This document shows positions 1 through 8,292 of a stretch of 30,594 bases of DNA, one piece after another. Location of the stretch: positions 85,670 to 116,263 of the forward strand of contig CAZPLO010000003.1 of the NCBI GenBank assembly GCA_964587725.1, in the 5' to 3' direction. Position 1 is the stretch's first letter; each line of letters begins with the position of its first letter. Origin of the DNA: an uncultured archaeon. Lineage in GTDB: Archaea > Altiarchaeota > Altiarchaeia > IMC4 > SCGC-AAA252-I15. The notes beneath the pieces were generated by a model. The model saw only the letters and a program-made list of their open reading frames with translations, did no database searches and was not told the DNA's origin. Both the position numbers and the translations under genes were made by a program.

Positions 1-17
1 CGACGCTCTTCCGATCT
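1..17 (+). other. Residual Illumina TruSeq adapter (technical artefact)
   Basis: CGACGCTCTTCCGATCT equals the 3' end of the Read-1 primer ACACTCTTTCCCTACACGACGCTCTTCCGATCT and sits at the very start of the window. Confidence 0.95.
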
Positions 18-18
18 T

Positions 19-486
19 TCGGCGGGTGAATACGCCGTCGAGGCGTCGAAGCCGGATTACGAGTTGGGGACTGCTTCGTTGACGGTGAAGCCGAAGCCGC
101 TGACACTAACATACTACTTCCAGGGCGACCAGCTCATCCTCAACGCGTCCAGCAACGGCGCGCCGGTGGAGAACCTCCGCATCAACGTGAAGGCCGACGG
201 CCTGGACGAGGCCGTGGTCACCGACGCCTCCGGCATGGCGGCCGTCGCAGCGAACGCGTCCGGCAACTACACCATAACCGTGTCCGACCCCAACTACGCC
301 GGCACGTCCGTATCTGCTGTGCGGTCGGAGCTGATACCCGCGGGCCTGCTGATACCGCTGATTATCGTGCTGGTGGCTGTGGTGCTGATAGCCATCTTCG
401 CAGTGGTTCTGATATACCTGCTGCGGCGGAGGCAGGGCCCGAAGACCAAATTCACCCGCACGGGCGGGTCTAGGCTTGGCGGCTGA
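19..486 (+). CDS. 5'-truncated membrane-anchored surface protein (beta-sandwich-like domains, C-terminal TM helix, basic tail)
   Basis: Frame is open from the window start (SAGEYAVEASKPDYELGTASLTV...). NAS/NYT sequons, long hydrophobic helix LLIPLIIVLVAVVLIAIFAVVLIYLL followed by RRR. The TTG at 64 is probably not the real start. Confidence 0.75.
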   Translation, partial: SAGEYAVEASKPDYELGTASLTVKPKPLTLTYYFQGDQLILNASSNGAPVENLRINVKADGLDEAVVTDASGMAAVAANASGNYTITVSDPNYAGTSVSAVRSELIPAGLLIPLIIVLVAVVLIAIFAVVLIYLLRRRQGPKTKFTRTGGSRLGG

Positions 487-494
487 GTCACACG

Positions 495-1577
495 ATGATG
501 CATTTGTCCACCAACGTGCTCGGCTCCTTTGTCCTACGGGACGGGAAGGTGGTGAAGCAGCGGCTGTTCACCAGCCCTGCAGGGGATATTGCGTCGAAGC
601 TGATGGCGGCGTCCGAGTCCTACTGCAGCGAGGAAAAAGAGCTTCTCCGGGAGCTCGCGGACACCGGCAACGAGCGCGTGTACGTCAACCACCCCCGCAG
701 GTTCAGGGGAGCGGGCGTCGACATCGAGTTGGTGGAGGAGGAGTCCCGCGTCCCCGTGCAGAAGGTCGCGGCGGAGCTTGGAATACCTGCCGGGAAGGCT
801 GAGTCTCTGATGCGGGAGGTGAACCGCCTCATAACCAGGGAGCGGATGAAAGATGTTGGCAGAGACCAGATACTGGTTCAGGCGGTCAACAGCCTCGACG
901 ACATCGAGGAGGCCGTGAACCGCCTGGTGGAGCGCCTCCGCGAATGGTATTCGCTTCACTTCCCCGAACTCGACGACATCGTGTCTTCGCATGAAATGTA
1001 CGCCCGCCTGGTTGTGGACATCGGCTCCAGGGACTCATACGTCTCCGCGGACTTGAACGTGGACCCGGAGTTCACCAAACGCATCGTCGACGCGTCGAAG
1101 GACTCTCTGGGCGTGGACTTCACCGAAGACGATTTACGCGCGGTGAAGGCGCTGGCCGATCCGGTGACCACACTGCACGCAAAACGCGGGGAAATAGAGG
1201 CTTATGTGTCGAAGCTGATGGAGGAAATAGCACCCAACCTGAACGCGTTGGCGGGGCCTCTGTTGGGGGCGCGGCTGATAGCGTTGGCGGGCAGCCTGCA
1301 ACGCCTCTCCATGATGCCCGCTGGGACCATCCAGATACTCGGCGCCGAAGACGCGTTCTTCCGTTTCATGAAGTCCGGGAAGAAGCCGCCTAAACACGGC
1401 GTCATCTTCCAGTACCCGGACATCCGCGGCTCCAAAAAGAACATAAGGGGGAAGCTGGCCCGCACCTTCGCAGCGAAACTCGCGATAGCGGCGAGGGTCG
1501 ACGCATTCGAAGGCGACTTCATAGCCGACAAACTCAAAGAAGACTTCGAGAAACGGGTTAAGGAGCTGACAGGATAA
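495..1577 (+). CDS. nop5: Box C/D sRNP subunit Nop5 (aNop56/58)
   Basis: NOSIC motif RLREWYSLHFPEL; Nop domain IAPNLNALAGPLLGARLIALAG, PAGTIQILGAE, PPKHGVIFQ, RGKLARTFAAKLAIAARVDAF. No KKE tail. Confidence 0.96.
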   Translation: MMHLSTNVLGSFVLRDGKVVKQRLFTSPAGDIASKLMAASESYCSEEKELLRELADTGNERVYVNHPRRFRGAGVDIELVEEESRVPVQKVAAELGIPAGKAESLMREVNRLITRERMKDVGRDQILVQAVNSLDDIEEAVNRLVERLREWYSLHFPELDDIVSSHEMYARLVVDIGSRDSYVSADLNVDPEFTKRIVDASKDSLGVDFTEDDLRAVKALADPVTTLHAKRGEIEAYVSKLMEEIAPNLNALAGPLLGARLIALAGSLQRLSMMPAGTIQILGAEDAFFRFMKSGKKPPKHGVIFQYPDIRGSKKNIRGKLARTFAAKLAIAARVDAFEGDFIADKLKEDFEKRVKELTG

Positions 1578-1601
1578 GTCCGTACAATAGGAAGTTGGTT
1601 G

Positions 1602-1660
1602 TCCATCAGCAGCTACCCTTGTCGTCACAGTGTCGGTCTACTTCGCTGTCATCATCTGGA
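1602..1660 (-). ncRNA. Archaeal box C/D methylation-guide sRNA
   Basis: Minus strand reads TCCA-G-ATGATGA(C)-CAGCGAAGTAGA-CCGA(D')-CACT-GTGACGA(C')-CAAGGGTAGCTG-CTGA(D)-TGGA: 4-bp terminal stem, two 12-nt guides, TATAAAA about 25 nt upstream. Confidence 0.92.
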
Positions 1661-1685
1661 ACGTTATTCATTAGCTGCTTCTGGC

Positions 1686-1692
1686 TTTTATA
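1686..1692. promoter_or_regulatory. TATA element probably serving both the sRNA (-) and the DUF2582/GT4 unit (+)
   Basis: TTTTATA on + and TATAAAA on -; about 25 nt from the sRNA 5' end and 45 nt from ATG 1738, which has a GAGGTGA SD. Confidence 0.55.
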
Positions 1693-1737
1693 CTGTTGCG
1701 CACATATTTTATTCTCATATTTTTTGTGAGGTGAATT

Positions 1738-1944
1738 ATGGATTTATGGGGGGATATCGGAACCGCTGCGGGAACTGTTTTTAACGCGTTGTCCGGCCAG
1801 AAGAAGCCCGTGTCGACGGCTGCGCTGAAGAAGAAGACTAAGCTTTCAGACGGCATGTTGAACCTGGCTTTGGGTTGGCTGGCCCGCGAGGACAAGGTGG
1901 TTCTGTCCAAGAACAAGAGTTCAGTGTCCGTTAAACTGAAGTGA
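1738..1944 (+). CDS. Small winged-helix protein (DUF2582-like)
   Basis: IGxxAGxV...LALGWLAREDKV signature; SD GAGGTGA upstream. Confidence 0.85.
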   Translation: MDLWGDIGTAAGTVFNALSGQKKPVSTAALKKKTKLSDGMLNLALGWLAREDKVVLSKNKSSVSVKLK

Positions 1945-1968
1945 AAAGTTGTCTACGGGGGGTGAGTG

Positions 1969-3138
1969 ATGCGTATTGGGATGTTCAGCTGGGAGACCCT
2001 TAACTCCATACCGGTCGGCGGAGTGTCGGCTGTCGTATCCCAGTTGTCGGAGGCGTTGGCTGCGTTGGGGCATGAAGTCCACGTGTTCACCCGGAACCCC
2101 GGCGGCAGGCCGGAGCACGAGCTGATAAACGGGGTGTGGGAGCACCGGTGCGTTACGCCTGGCTGCGAGGACTTCATAGAGTACATGGACCACATGTGCG
2201 ACTCCATCGTATCGTGTTTCCACTGGGCGGAGCAGGAGTACGGCCGGTTCGACGTAGTACACGGCCACGACTGGCACGTCGTCAACGCCTTAGCCAATGT
2301 CAAAGCCAACAGAGGATACGACAACATCGTGTGGACCTGCCACAGCACCGAGTTCGGCCGTAACGGCAACAACTTCGCGGACAACTGGTTTTCGGCGCGC
2401 ATCCGCCACCGTGAGTGGTTGGGTGGCTTCATAGCCAAGGAGGTTACCACCGTCTCGTATCAGATGCGGTATGAGCTCGGCCGCGAATACCAGATGCCGG
2501 AGGACAAGGTCACCGTGATATACAACGGCATCAACACCGGCCGTTTCAAAGGCGAAGTCGATGCTGGAAGGGTGAAGGAACGCTACGGCCTCCACCCACT
2601 GGACCCGCTGATACTGTTTTTCGGCCGCGTCGTCTACCAGAAGGGCCCGGACCTGCTGCTGGAGGCGGTGCCGGAAGTCGTCAACGAATTCTACAACGCT
2701 CGATTCATCTACGCCGGCAGCGGGGACATGATAAACCACCTTCACGGCCGCGCCCACTGGCTGGGCGTCCACGACAAAATCAGGGTTCTCGGGTACGTGA
2801 GCGAACAGGAGAAACTGGATTTGTTCAAGGCATGCGAACTAGTCTGCATACCGTCGCGGAACGAGCCGTTCGGCATCATCACGTTGGAGGCGTGGGCCTC
2901 CGGCAGACCTGTTGTCGCCGCCGACGTCGGCGGCCCCAGCGAAATCATAGACAACTTCCGCACCGGCGTGAAAGTCCATTTGACTTCGGAGTCTATTGCG
3001 TGGGGCATCAAGTACCTGCTGGGCGACCGCTCCGGCGAAAGCCTTAAGAAAATGGGTCCAATATGCAGGCGGGAAGCCGAGAAATACGACTGGAAGAACC
3101 TCGCCAAACAGTACGTGGGCGTGTACAAAGAGGTTTAA
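1969..3138 (+). CDS. Glycosyltransferase family 4 (glycogen-cluster type)
   Basis: VGGV...GHEVHVFT, HGHDW, GRVVYQKG, EPFGIITLEA (EX7E); SD GGGGGTGA before ATG 1969. Confidence 0.93.
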   Translation: MRIGMFSWETLNSIPVGGVSAVVSQLSEALAALGHEVHVFTRNPGGRPEHELINGVWEHRCVTPGCEDFIEYMDHMCDSIVSCFHWAEQEYGRFDVVHGHDWHVVNALANVKANRGYDNIVWTCHSTEFGRNGNNFADNWFSARIRHREWLGGFIAKEVTTVSYQMRYELGREYQMPEDKVTVIYNGINTGRFKGEVDAGRVKERYGLHPLDPLILFFGRVVYQKGPDLLLEAVPEVVNEFYNARFIYAGSGDMINHLHGRAHWLGVHDKIRVLGYVSEQEKLDLFKACELVCIPSRNEPFGIITLEAWASGRPVVAADVGGPSEIIDNFRTGVKVHLTSESIAWGIKYLLGDRSGESLKKMGPICRREAEKYDWKNLAKQYVGVYKEV

Positions 3139-4091
3139 CTCATTCCTCCGAGTTTTCGCAGTTTATCCTGGAACACCCTCTCCTGGGAGTTCATGATTGT
3201 CTTGTTTTTAGCCAGTTCAGCCGGCTTTCTGGCCAGCTCTAGGAAGGCTCTTGTCTCATAGTCTCTGGCCTGCTGGAGGTGGTGGGCGGCCGCCTTAGCC
3301 GCTTTCGGGTCGTCCAGGGACTCTATCGCCTTCTCCACGCGTCCCTCGTCCATGTAGGCGTCGACTTCGCAGAAAACAACCCCCGGTTGAGTATCCCCCC
3401 TGCCAGGCACCAGGAGCATGTTGACGGAGCTGTGCGGCTGCATAATCCCCGCCTCCATAAGCTTCAACTCGGATTCCATGGGGTTGACTCCCAGTTTGAG
3501 GGAGCGTTCAACAATCCACTCCTCGTATCTCTCAAGTTTTTCCAAGGCTTTTCCGAATTTGTCCGTTAAGATGACCTCATTAATGAGGTCGGCTTGCCTT
3601 CCTTTTTCACCGTATAGTGTGTGGACTTCATCGTGTTTGGCTGCTATGGCCTTGTATAATCCTCTGATCCGGCGTTCCTGTGTTCTGTCGGCTGGTATCC
3701 GGTGGCTGGTGAACTCCGGATACTGCACGCTGCCGTCCCGCATGGTTGGGGGGTGGTATTCGTCGAAGTACAACGGCATATTATCGGGGACTAGGGCTCC
3801 TCGCATGTCTATGACGTTCTCCGGAAACAGGGTGTGGGCGAGCCGGTAGATGTGGTAGAGGCGCATGAAGCCCGCACTGGCCTGCGAATACAGGAACCTG
3901 GGATACTTTATGGTGGTTGGTTCTCCGCATTCGCGTTTGGATGTGACGGGGTAGTAGTTTGTGTGGAATGTCTTCACCACGTCGGTCCCCGTCAGCTGAA
4001 GGGGCTCCGGCAGGAATCCGACAACACCTTCTTCGCCGACTATCGGCTTCCCCCTGAACCGTCTGTCGGTTACCTTCTTCGCCCGTGGCAT
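3135..4091 (-). CDS. Hypothetical protein (possible degenerate kinase-like fold)
   Basis: 318-aa ORF filling the gap; its stop overlaps the GT4 stop (TTAA); no confident family. Confidence 0.7.
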   Translation of the reverse strand: MPRAKKVTDRRFRGKPIVGEEGVVGFLPEPLQLTGTDVVKTFHTNYYPVTSKRECGEPTTIKYPRFLYSQASAGFMRLYHIYRLAHTLFPENVIDMRGALVPDNMPLYFDEYHPPTMRDGSVQYPEFTSHRIPADRTQERRIRGLYKAIAAKHDEVHTLYGEKGRQADLINEVILTDKFGKALEKLERYEEWIVERSLKLGVNPMESELKLMEAGIMQPHSSVNMLLVPGRGDTQPGVVFCEVDAYMDEGRVEKAIESLDDPKAAKAAAHHLQQARDYETRAFLELARKPAELAKNKTIMNSQERVFQDKLRKLGGMS

Positions 4092-4127
4092 ATAATCTAC
4101 TAGGCACTCTCAGATTTTAACTCCACC

Positions 4128-4472
4128 CTATGGTTCGTCGCATTCCCCGCCTCTCGAGTAGCCCATGGCCCTTGCCTCGTACACCGTCTTCAGGCATTCC
4201 TGCACGTCGGACGGCCGCATCTGCTGCAGGGTGTGGCAGAAGCAGTAGTGGTATGTGTTGGAGTCTTTGGGGACTATGAACACGGTTCCCTTGGGGCAGC
4301 CGAACCACTCGCAGGTGCCGTTCTCCGGCTGAGGTGGCGTTGGCGCGGGTGCTGCGTCTCCGTTGTCTTTGACGAGGATGTAGTCCACCATCAGGAACAC
4401 CACAACAGCCATCAACGCGACCGTGAAGGTGACGCTGAGGAAGTCCTCCCGAAGCGAGCCGCGGCCTCTCAT
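4128..4472 (-). CDS. Membrane-anchored protein with Ada-metal-binding-like C-terminal domain
   Basis: N-terminal TM helix, Pro-rich linker, FIVPKDSNTYHYCFC...EARAMGYSRGGEC resembling the SxxYHxxxC...EAxxxGYRPCxxC pattern; TTTATATA upstream. Confidence 0.65.
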   Translation of the reverse strand: MRGRGSLREDFLSVTFTVALMAVVVFLMVDYILVKDNGDAAPAPTPPQPENGTCEWFGCPKGTVFIVPKDSNTYHYCFCHTLQQMRPSDVQECLKTVYEARAMGYSRGGECDEP

Positions 4473-4501
4473 CCCAAGAACTATTTAAGCCCATATATAA
4501 A

Positions 4502-5752
4502 TTACCGTGATTTCCTCTTCCGCCCGGTTTTGTCTTTTTCCCCCAGGTTCCACCGTATAATCCGTTCTCGGAAGTCCATTAACGCGGCGTGGTAGTTGAG
4601 GCCGGCGTCGAAGGGGTTGCCGTGGTGGCTGAAGTACTCGTGCACGCTGCCGTCGCCCATGCCCTTGGTGCACATGTAGTAGAAGTGGTCGCTTATCTGT
4701 AACATCTTCCAAATCCGCTTGAACTCCTTGTTTTTGGAGGCGCGGACGTCGTGTTCCATGCCTTTGAGGCGGGCGAAGTTGAGGTGCTGCATGTGGTTGC
4801 CGAGCCAGGCGCTGGGGTCCCGTTCCATGTCAGCCCACGACACCGTCTCATACCACGGCACCTTGATTTCGCCGCGGGGGTGGTATCTGTCGACGACTTC
4901 AGAGGGTGTGTTGAACTCCAGGTTCTGCTTCTCCAGCACCTTCCACGGGAGGGCGTCGAGGAAGTGGAATATTCCGGTGTCCTCCCACTGGTGCTCTCCG
5001 AATGTTTCATAGTCCATGAATATGTTGATGGTGTCGTCGGCGCTCCAGCTCAGCCATTCCGCGTATTTTTCAGCCGTCAGAGGCCAGCCCTCCCACCACC
5101 GTGCGCTGAAACGGTATCCCACGTCGTCGCTCAGCTTATAGTTCCTCAACAGTACGCGGAGGTCTCCGTCTTTCCGCCGGTACACGTAGTTGGGGCTCCG
5201 CCACCCCTCGAGTATGCGTTCGATGCCTTCGGTCATGATGGCTTTGAAGCCGAGTTCCTCGATTTCCTCGGCGATGGTGTCGTGGTACAACAGCTCGGTG
5301 TTCCTGAACACCTGCGGCGTCTGCCCCAGGTAGTCCTTCACCATCCGCCGGTGGTCCTCCGCCTGTTCCTTGAACTCCTCCCGGTACTCGAACAACGACG
5401 CTAGGCTGTGGTACTGTGTCTCGCACAGGAACTCGCAGCACCCCGTCTCCCCCAGCTGTTTGAAGAGCTCAAGCAGGTCGGGGTCCCACCGCTCCATCTG
5501 CTCAAGTATGCAGCCTGACAGCGAGTACGACACCTTGAACTTCCGCTTCTCGCCTTTGAGGCGGTCCACGTTGGCGAGGATGTTCTGTGTGGCGGGCCAG
5601 TAGCATTTCTCAGCCACCTTATGCAGGGTCCACTCGTTCAATCCCGTGTCGAAGTAGTAGTCTTCAAGCCCGTTCCGTGGGTCGCCGTTCGGCCAAAACC
5701 ATCTTAAACGGTGTGGCTGGTGGACCTGAAAATAAATGCAAATCGATGTCAT
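4502..5752 (-). CDS. Glycoside hydrolase family 57 (AmyA-type alpha-amylase-like)
   Basis: YFQVHQP, ETQYHSL, FRNTEL (nucleophile), FMDYETFGEH (acid/base), SDHFYYM; SD GGGGGTG; alternative TTG start at 5761. Confidence 0.95.
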   Translation of the reverse strand: MTSICIYFQVHQPHRLRWFWPNGDPRNGLEDYYFDTGLNEWTLHKVAEKCYWPATQNILANVDRLKGEKRKFKVSYSLSGCILEQMERWDPDLLELFKQLGETGCCEFLCETQYHSLASLFEYREEFKEQAEDHRRMVKDYLGQTPQVFRNTELLYHDTIAEEIEELGFKAIMTEGIERILEGWRSPNYVYRRKDGDLRVLLRNYKLSDDVGYRFSARWWEGWPLTAEKYAEWLSWSADDTINIFMDYETFGEHQWEDTGIFHFLDALPWKVLEKQNLEFNTPSEVVDRYHPRGEIKVPWYETVSWADMERDPSAWLGNHMQHLNFARLKGMEHDVRASKNKEFKRIWKMLQISDHFYYMCTKGMGDGSVHEYFSHHGNPFDAGLNYHAALMDFRERIIRWNLGEKDKTGRKRKSR

Positions 5753-5795
5753 ATGCTCCAAACACCCCCCTGGAAGAAAGTATTTGCAGCCGCAC

Positions 5796-5803
5796 TATAT
5801 AAA
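5796..5803 (-). promoter_or_regulatory. TATA box of GH57 gene
   Basis: TTTATATA on the minus strand about 44 nt upstream of ATG 5752. Confidence 0.65.
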
Positions 5804-5807
5804 TCAG

Positions 5808-5916
5808 AGATTTCCACCGGTCTATTGACCGGTGGTGTTGGCCAGTGGAAATCTACTATCAAGAACCGCCTTAAAAGTATATCATACCGCCGGTCTATGA
5901 CCGGCGGTTCTTGATA
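5808..5916. repeat. Pair of related GC-rich palindromes with nested outer inverted repeats
   Basis: CCACCGGTC-tatt-GACCGGTGG (5814-5835) and ACCGCCGGTC-tat-GACCGGCGGT (5886-5908); outer IRs 5808-5822/5840-5854 (13/15) and 5857-5870/5903-5916 (14/14). Confidence 0.9.
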
Positions 5917-5920
5917 TGCG

Positions 5921-6358
5921 TCACACCCCGCAGGCGGTCTGTATTATGGTTCCGTCGGCTGCGACGGTGTACGTCTCCTCCAGCCCGGCTTCGTCTTCCG
6001 TGAAGACGTTGTAGAATACGGTGTTGAGTTTCACCGCCCGCTGGACCGTGTAGTCGGAGTCCACGGACACCAGATATTCTCCCACGGCTGCGGCCGCGTC
6101 CGCCTCGTCTTCCACCACAGCCGAGCCCTCCCGTAGTATGGGTCCTCCGGGGGTGGTCTCGTGGCACCAGCACCGGTCGACCATGCAGTCGAAGAGCATG
6201 CACACGTTCCCCGTCTCTTCACCGCATTCAGGCGGCACCTGCGCGGACTCGATGCCCTTGTAGAATACAAGGTCCTGTTTGTCCAGCCACTCCTGGTTGA
6301 GGCAGCCTGAGACGAGCACTACCACAGCCAACATTATAAGCCTGCGCATGGTAGACAT
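5921..6358 (-). CDS. Hypothetical lipoprotein, Cys-containing
   Basis: RRLIMLAVVVLVSGC lipobox-like signal; cluster of five Cys; start could be 6349. Confidence 0.8.
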   Translation of the reverse strand: MSTMRRLIMLAVVVLVSGCLNQEWLDKQDLVFYKGIESAQVPPECGEETGNVCMLFDCMVDRCWCHETTPGGPILREGSAVVEDEADAAAAVGEYLVSVDSDYTVQRAVKLNTVFYNVFTEDEAGLEETYTVAADGTIIQTACGV

Positions 6359-6411
6359 TAAAATCCTGCGTATAAAACCGTCTTTTTAGGCTGGCGTTCG
6401 CATAGGATTCC

Positions 6412-8268
6412 ATGGGGGGTTACGCTGTCGTCCCGGGGGGGATGGGGTTGGATTCTGCGCGTAAGCTGGAGTTCCTGTTAGCAAACGGCTTGGGCGGCTA
6501 CTGTTCCTCAACAGTCCTCGGCCTTAACACCCGAAAATACCATGGTCTCCTGGTTTCATCGCGCGCCAACCTGGAGCGGCGGGTTGTGCTGGAGCAGACG
6601 CTGGAGGAGCTGACGGTAGGCGGCCGGGAATACGCCCTCTCCGTGGTAGAATACGGGAACACGCTCGACTCCAGAGGCTTCGACCACCTCCTCCGTTTCA
6701 CAGCCGGCGCAGACCATGCGGTGTTCGAGTACGAGGCTGAGGGGGTCCAGGCCGTCAAGACCATACAATGCGTCCGAGGCTCCAACGCCCTGGTGATATC
6801 GTATTCCATAGCCAACCGCTCGGAATCGGATGCTGTGTTAAAGGTGCGTCTGCTGGTGAACTCCCGCGACATAGACGAGCTGAACCCTGGTGGACGCACG
6901 TTCACCCAGGAGGTATACGGCGGCAGGATACTCGGGGTGTCTTCGCCGGAGGACTACATCATGTTCTACGCCGACGGACTGAAACCTTCCGCCGACAGCG
7001 TATGGTACCGCAACATCAAGTACTCTGTGGAGGATGAACGCGGCGAAGCTTCCGTGGAGGACGTGTATTCCCCCGGTTTCATGGAGTTGAATGCGTCACC
7101 CGGTTCGTCGTCGAAGGCGTCCTTAACGGTGGTTTCGTCGGAGTCTGAAGACGAGACCGCCGCCGCATTCCAGAACATGGTCGTCGGGGAGCCTGAAGAC
7201 ATGCGCAGCGAACCAGCAGAAGCTCTTTCATCGGCTGCTTCATCGTTCATAGTCGAGTCCGGCCGCGCGACCGTCGTAGCAGGCTACCACTGGTTCATGG
7301 ACTGGGGCCGTGACACCATGATAAGCCTGCCGGGGCTGACATTGGTAACCGGTAACCTGGATGCATGCGAGAACATACTGGCGGGGTTCATCGACAACAT
7401 GCGCGGCGGCAGGATACCCACTAAATTCACGCCTGCGGGCCCGGAGTACTACGACTTCGACGGTACACTGTGGATGCTCGACCGGCTGAAGGAATACGTG
7501 AAATACGCCGGCGCCGACAGGGCCCGGGAGTTCATCACCCCCAGATGGAACAGCATCGCGTCGGTGATAGACTCGTACTCCAAGAGGGTTGAGGATGGCT
7601 TGTTCCACAACCGCTCCGGCACGTGGATGGACACGCTGGAGCGTGATTACGCGGTGGAGGTGCAGGCCCTCTGGCACAACGGATTATGTGTGGTGGAGGA
7701 ACTGTCTGAGCTGCTGGGCGAGTCGGCTGACTACGCGACACTGAAGTCTGACTTCAACTCATCCTTCATGGACCGTTTCTGGAACGGCAGCTACCTCAAC
7801 GACTGCCTCGACGACCAGTCAATGCGGCCGAACCAGGTTATCTCGGCGTCATTGGATTACTCCCCCCTCCCAAAGAAGGAGTCTGCGGAGGTGATGCGTG
7901 TTGCGGAGGAGGAACTGCTGACGCCCTGTGGTTTGAAGACTCTGTCCGAAAACGACCAACGTTACGCGCCAAGATACGTCGGCGGCGTCGGAGAACGCGA
8001 GAGAGCCTACCATAACGGGACGGTGTGGCCTTGGCTGCTGGGCCCCTACTGCAGGGCTGCAGTCCTGTTGGGCGGCGACTCCGGGCGACGGCACTCCCGC
8101 GAAGTACTGGAGCCGGTGTTCAGCCGCCTCGGCGACGGCTGCCTGGGCACGCTGAATGAAGTCTACGACGCGGACGAACCCCATACTCCTAGGGGTGCGG
8201 TCAGCCAGGCGTGGAGCGTCGCCGAAGTGCTGAGGGCGTGGGCGGAGGACGCCGCCGGCCAAGTTTAA
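6412..8268 (+). CDS. Amylo-alpha-1,6-glucosidase (glycogen debranching enzyme)
   Basis: EFLLANGLGGY, TRKYHGLL, AGYHWFMDWGRDTMISLPGL, TWMD, RPNQ, YHNGTVWPWL, QAWSVAE. Confidence 0.95.
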   Translation: MGGYAVVPGGMGLDSARKLEFLLANGLGGYCSSTVLGLNTRKYHGLLVSSRANLERRVVLEQTLEELTVGGREYALSVVEYGNTLDSRGFDHLLRFTAGADHAVFEYEAEGVQAVKTIQCVRGSNALVISYSIANRSESDAVLKVRLLVNSRDIDELNPGGRTFTQEVYGGRILGVSSPEDYIMFYADGLKPSADSVWYRNIKYSVEDERGEASVEDVYSPGFMELNASPGSSSKASLTVVSSESEDETAAAFQNMVVGEPEDMRSEPAEALSSAASSFIVESGRATVVAGYHWFMDWGRDTMISLPGLTLVTGNLDACENILAGFIDNMRGGRIPTKFTPAGPEYYDFDGTLWMLDRLKEYVKYAGADRAREFITPRWNSIASVIDSYSKRVEDGLFHNRSGTWMDTLERDYAVEVQALWHNGLCVVEELSELLGESADYATLKSDFNSSFMDRFWNGSYLNDCLDDQSMRPNQVISASLDYSPLPKKESAEVMRVAEEELLTPCGLKTLSENDQRYAPRYVGGVGERERAYHNGTVWPWLLGPYCRAAVLLGGDSGRRHSREVLEPVFSRLGDGCLGTLNEVYDADEPHTPRGAVSQAWSVAEVLRAWAEDAAGQV

Positions 8269-8292
8269 ATACGGGTAATTTCATTTTATCAT

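Noticed and set aside
1599-1784. 61-aa ORF between nop5 and DUF2582
   Set aside because: Spans the antisense C/D sRNA, the TATA region and the next gene start; non-coding-like composition.
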